A stretch of DNA of 64,000 nucleotides from an uncultured cyanobacterium. Lineage in GTDB: Bacteria; Cyanobacteriota; Cyanobacteriia; Cyanobacteriales; Nostocaceae. Below the pieces are notes generated by a model that was not told where the DNA came from, searched no databases, and saw only the letters and a list, made by a program, of their open reading frames with translations. Every line of letters begins with the position of its first letter. Position 1 is the first letter of the stretch. Shown here in pieces: positions 60,602 to 64,000 of this stretch. The position numbers and the translations under genes were made by a program. The DNA lies in assembly GCA_963740315.1 (NCBI GenBank), contig CAVUDP010000002.1, forward strand, positions 3,616,001-3,680,000, read 5' to 3'.

Positions 60602-61574
60602 TGACACAGAATCCTTACAAAACCAATTACTCGCTTGGTTGCTAGCAGATGATGCTTCAACCGAGGAGGATTTTTTGGTCGAAAGTGAGGAAATTAACGG
60701 GGCACAAATGGACGATAACACCGCTTCCACAAGCGGTGCTTCTGAGTCGGATTTGATGCCCTATCCTTTCCAAATGGGAGAAATTCCTGCTGTGCAAACA
60801 CGTTTTCAAGCCGTTCTTAAACGTCGGTTACAAAATCAAGTTCAAGATAATCCTCCGTTGTTCCCTTGGGAGACACAACTAATAGATTATCCCGATTATA
60901 TTGACAATCAATCTATGTCTTGGGTTCCTGCCTGGGGATGGGCGGCACAACAGTCTAAACTGAGTTTGCCAATTCTGATGCCGGAGAAAGTGTTTCAGCA
61001 ATTGTTAACAAGATGTCAAGAATTGCTCGCTTTTCCCGTGCCATTGGGAGCAAAACTTGTTGGGGTGGTGGAGAGTTTATTCCCTAACGAACCGCAGACA
61101 CTTAATGACTTAGCCTCTATGGTGTTAAGAAGTCCATATCGTTCTGCGGATACTTTAGAAAGAATGCCTTCTGTAGAAGGCAGCTACTCAGATTTGCAAC
61201 CGCGTCAACAAATGGCATTATCATTGTTGGCTGCGAAACAGTTGCTAGAAAATCTGACTGTATCTGTTGATGCCCATATGGTAGTCGAAAAGCAGTGGCT
61301 AACCAATGTAGGTAACGTAACTTTAAAAGTAGAATACGATACTGAGGCACGGAAGCTGCGGGTTGAAGCTCAATTACCTCTCCCAGGGAAGTTAAAACTT
61401 GGTGAAGAAAATCAGCAAGTAGTTGCAGAATCGGATAGTCAGGGAATTGTAAGTTTAGAGCTAAACTCAATTCAAGAAGGGGCAACTTATAAATTGGCAG
61501 TTGAGTTAGAAGATATGGATACTCAACCGCTGACATTTGCGATCGTTCCGACAAATTCTTCCCAAAGAGCCTAA
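60582..61574 (+). CDS. patU: Heterocyst patterning protein PatU (single ORF)
   Basis: Overlaps the hetZ stop; GEIPAVQTRFQAVLKRRL and PPLFPWE motifs. Confidence 0.82.
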   Translation: MHLLMNSDTESLQNQLLAWLLADDASTEEDFLVESEEINGAQMDDNTASTSGASESDLMPYPFQMGEIPAVQTRFQAVLKRRLQNQVQDNPPLFPWETQLIDYPDYIDNQSMSWVPAWGWAAQQSKLSLPILMPEKVFQQLLTRCQELLAFPVPLGAKLVGVVESLFPNEPQTLNDLASMVLRSPYRSADTLERMPSVEGSYSDLQPRQQMALSLLAAKQLLENLTVSVDAHMVVEKQWLTNVGNVTLKVEYDTEARKLRVEAQLPLPGKLKLGEENQQVVAESDSQGIVSLELNSIQEGATYKLAVELEDMDTQPLTFAIVPTNSSQRA

Positions 61575-61836
61575 GCTATGGCTTTTAGGAGCCGCCAGCG
61601 GTTGGGTACCGTTAATAGGTTTTTATCGGTTGATATTCATGAACGAATAATAATATTCATGTTTAGGGGTAGTAGTGATGAACCTTAATTCAATAAGCAG
61701 ATAGCCCCCAGCGTCTACAGTTGCTCAAATAAATACGCCAAAATTCATAGGAATTGTTTTCCCATGAGTTAAAGTGGCGGTGCGTGCAAATAAAAGATGA
61801 TTTGAGCGGGGTAATTAAAGATTGAAATTTTTAGGG

Positions 61837-64000
61837 ATGAATAGGTTCAGTGAGCGTCTACATATAGGGTACTGGCGGCAAAAAATTCACAATTCGCCGC
61901 CGATAGAAGTAGAAGATTCAATTACTTTAAGGGTGCTAGTTAGTGCTTTAGTAATCGTAGGAATTGTGGCGACGGATATAGCCGCAGAGACAAGCCAAAG
62001 TTTTTGGGCGGTTCCTTTAAGTTTGGCGGGCGGAATTTGGAGCTATTACCGTCGTCGCAAACCCAATATAGGGGTAAAGTTCTGTATCGCCATTGGAATG
62101 TTATTAGCATTAGGTGCTTTTTTCGGGCGGTTGCTCGGAGAATTGAATGATACAAGGCTTTTGCTTGCAGAATTACTGATTCAACTTCAGGTGCTGCATA
62201 GTTTGGATATGCCTCGTCGTAAAGATTTAGGGTATTCGATTGTAATCGGATTAATTTTACTAGGTGTAGCCGCAACACTGAGTCAAACTTTAGCTTTTGC
62301 ACCAGTGTTGCTGCTCTTTTTAGCTATTGCCTTACCTACTTTAGTATTAGACTATCGTTCGCGATTGGGTTTAGAGCCGTTTACGGTTACAACAAAATCA
62401 AATAATAAAAAAAATAAGGTTTTTAATTTAAAATTCTTAATTGTTAATTTTTTGGTCGTAATAAGTCTGGGATTAGCAATTTTCGCTGTTTTACCGAGAG
62501 TTCCCGGTTATGGCTTGCGGACATTTCCGGTTAGTTCGCCTATTGACGTAAAAGGCGATTTTAGCGGACGAAAAATTGTTAATCCCGGTTATGTACGTTC
62601 TGGTAATAATAACGGTCAAAGTGGTAGCAATGGCGACGGAACTTCTAAAACAGGAACTGGCGATCGCCCCTTAGTAGACGATAGCTTTTATTACGGATTC
62701 AATACCAAAATTAACCAGAATTTACGCGGAGAGATGAAACCCAAAGTAGTGATGCGGGTACGTTCTCAAGCACAAGGTTTCTGGCGGGTTTTGGCATTCG
62801 ATCGTTACACGGGTAACGGATGGGAAATTTCTCGCAACGACAAAGTTAAGCGGCTCAAACGATCGCCTTTTTCCTATCAAACTTTTCTTGAGCGACCTTT
62901 GATTATTGGTAAAACCAAAGAAATAGTACAAACTTACACCGTAGTGGCGGAATTACCTAACTTAATTCCAGCAATGTCATATCCGAAAGAAATTTATTTT
63001 CCGACACCGATAATAGCCGTCGATACAGAAGGTGGCTTGCGATCGCCAGTTGGTTTATCTAAAGGTTTAACTTATACGGTACTTTCTGAAGTTCCCTATC
63101 GCGATCGCACTTTATTAGCAAAAACTACAAATAAGTACCCGGATAGCATAACAAACTATTACTTGCAGGTACCTCCCCAAATCGCTGACAAAGTAAAGCA
63201 GCTTACCCAAGAAATTCTCGCTGGCTACAATCGTCAACGGGTAGGTAAAACCCAGAAAAATCTTTCATCACCTTATGAAAAAGCTTTATACATAGCTCAA
63301 TATCTCAAACAAAACTACACGGTACCGCAAAATCCTTTTGAAGCACCATTGTTAGATGAGAAAGAAGACTTGGTAGAAGCTTTCTTGTTTAAAAACAAAG
63401 GAGGGCTACCCGATCAGTTTTCTACGGTATTAACGGTAATGTTGCGTTCTATCGGTATTCCAGCGCGGTTGGTAGCGGGGTTTGCTCCCGGAGATTTTAA
63501 TCCATTTACAGGGATGTACGTAGTCCGTAACACCGACGCTTACGCAATGACGGAAGTTTACTTCCCGAAATATGGCTGGTTTGCTTTCGATCCTATACCC
63601 AATCATCCTTTAATCCCTCCCTCAATAGAAGAAATTCAAACTTTTTCCGTCTTAAAACAATTTTGGAATTGGATTGCAGGTTGGCTACCCTCTCCAGTAA
63701 CGGGATTTCTCAACGGTATATTTGGAAAAATATTTAGCGCTATTTTAAGATTTATATCGTGGTTTTTCTCTTTATTCTCACAGGGTATTTTCGGAATATT
63801 GAGCGGATTAACCTTATTAACAGCAATTTCCTTATTCGGTTGGCTGGGCTGGGATAAATGGCGAAAATGGCGAAAATGGCAATTTTTAGGTAAATTGCAG
63901 CCGATGGAAAGACTTTATCGACAAATGCTTGAGTGGACTAATGAAAAAGGCTTAACTAAACATCCGGCGCAAACACCTTTAGAATATGCTCGGGTTTCTC
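61837..64000 (+). CDS. Transglutaminase-like membrane protein (TgpA/DUF3488 type), runs off the window end
   Basis: Manual translation from ATG 61837: N-terminal TM helices, FWRVLAFDRYTG.GW, MLRSIGIPARLVAGF, EVYFP.YGW..FDP; absent from the ORF track because there is no stop in the window. Confidence 0.85.
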   Translation, partial: MNRFSERLHIGYWRQKIHNSPPIEVEDSITLRVLVSALVIVGIVATDIAAETSQSFWAVPLSLAGGIWSYYRRRKPNIGVKFCIAIGMLLALGAFFGRLLGELNDTRLLLAELLIQLQVLHSLDMPRRKDLGYSIVIGLILLGVAATLSQTLAFAPVLLLFLAIALPTLVLDYRSRLGLEPFTVTTKSNNKKNKVFNLKFLIVNFLVVISLGLAIFAVLPRVPGYGLRTFPVSSPIDVKGDFSGRKIVNPGYVRSGNNNGQSGSNGDGTSKTGTGDRPLVDDSFYYGFNTKINQNLRGEMKPKVVMRVRSQAQGFWRVLAFDRYTGNGWEISRNDKVKRLKRSPFSYQTFLERPLIIGKTKEIVQTYTVVAELPNLIPAMSYPKEIYFPTPIIAVDTEGGLRSPVGLSKGLTYTVLSEVPYRDRTLLAKTTNKYPDSITNYYLQVPPQIADKVKQLTQEILAGYNRQRVGKTQKNLSSPYEKALYIAQYLKQNYTVPQNPFEAPLLDEKEDLVEAFLFKNKGGLPDQFSTVLTVMLRSIGIPARLVAGFAPGDFNPFTGMYVVRNTDAYAMTEVYFPKYGWFAFDPIPNHPLIPPSIEEIQTFSVLKQFWNWIAGWLPSPVTGFLNGIFGKIFSAILRFISWFFSLFSQGIFGILSGLTLLTAISLFGWLGWDKWRKWRKWQFLGKLQPMERLYRQMLEWTNEKGLTKHPAQTPLEYARVS

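Overview
Chromosomal window from an AT-rich, heterocyst-forming cyanobacterium (Nostocales). This is supported by hetZ-patU, tandem amiC1/amiC2, frequent HIP1 octamers (GCGATCGC) and many heptamer/octamer short tandem repeats. Most of the window is core genome: DUF362, aspA, pgsA, GT4-sugar transferase-gmd-fcl, Crp-DUF2232-cobT, ribD-mreBCD-ssb, amiC1-amiC2-murI, sds, hetZ-patU and a truncated transglutaminase-like gene. Main accessory features: (1) a ~6.5 kb defence island (33.2-39.8 kb) with two convergent Type II-like R/C5-MTase modules around a WD40 gene. Module 2 has a controller (C) gene, shares a 13-bp operator-like sequence between its C-R and M promoters, and is bracketed by direct repeats of a Uma2 gene 3' end. 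(2) A 915-bp IS5-family element with perfect ends and a dead transposase, which splits a GNAT gene. (3) A doubly frameshifted U32/RlhA-like gene carrying four different miniature repeats. (4) An 18-bp x10 tandem array built from half of a dispersed palindrome. (5) A hairpin-dense leader in front of a small membrane peptide. No tRNA, rRNA or CRISPR array was seen. All calls come from reading the sequence and from recalled family motifs; no searches were run.
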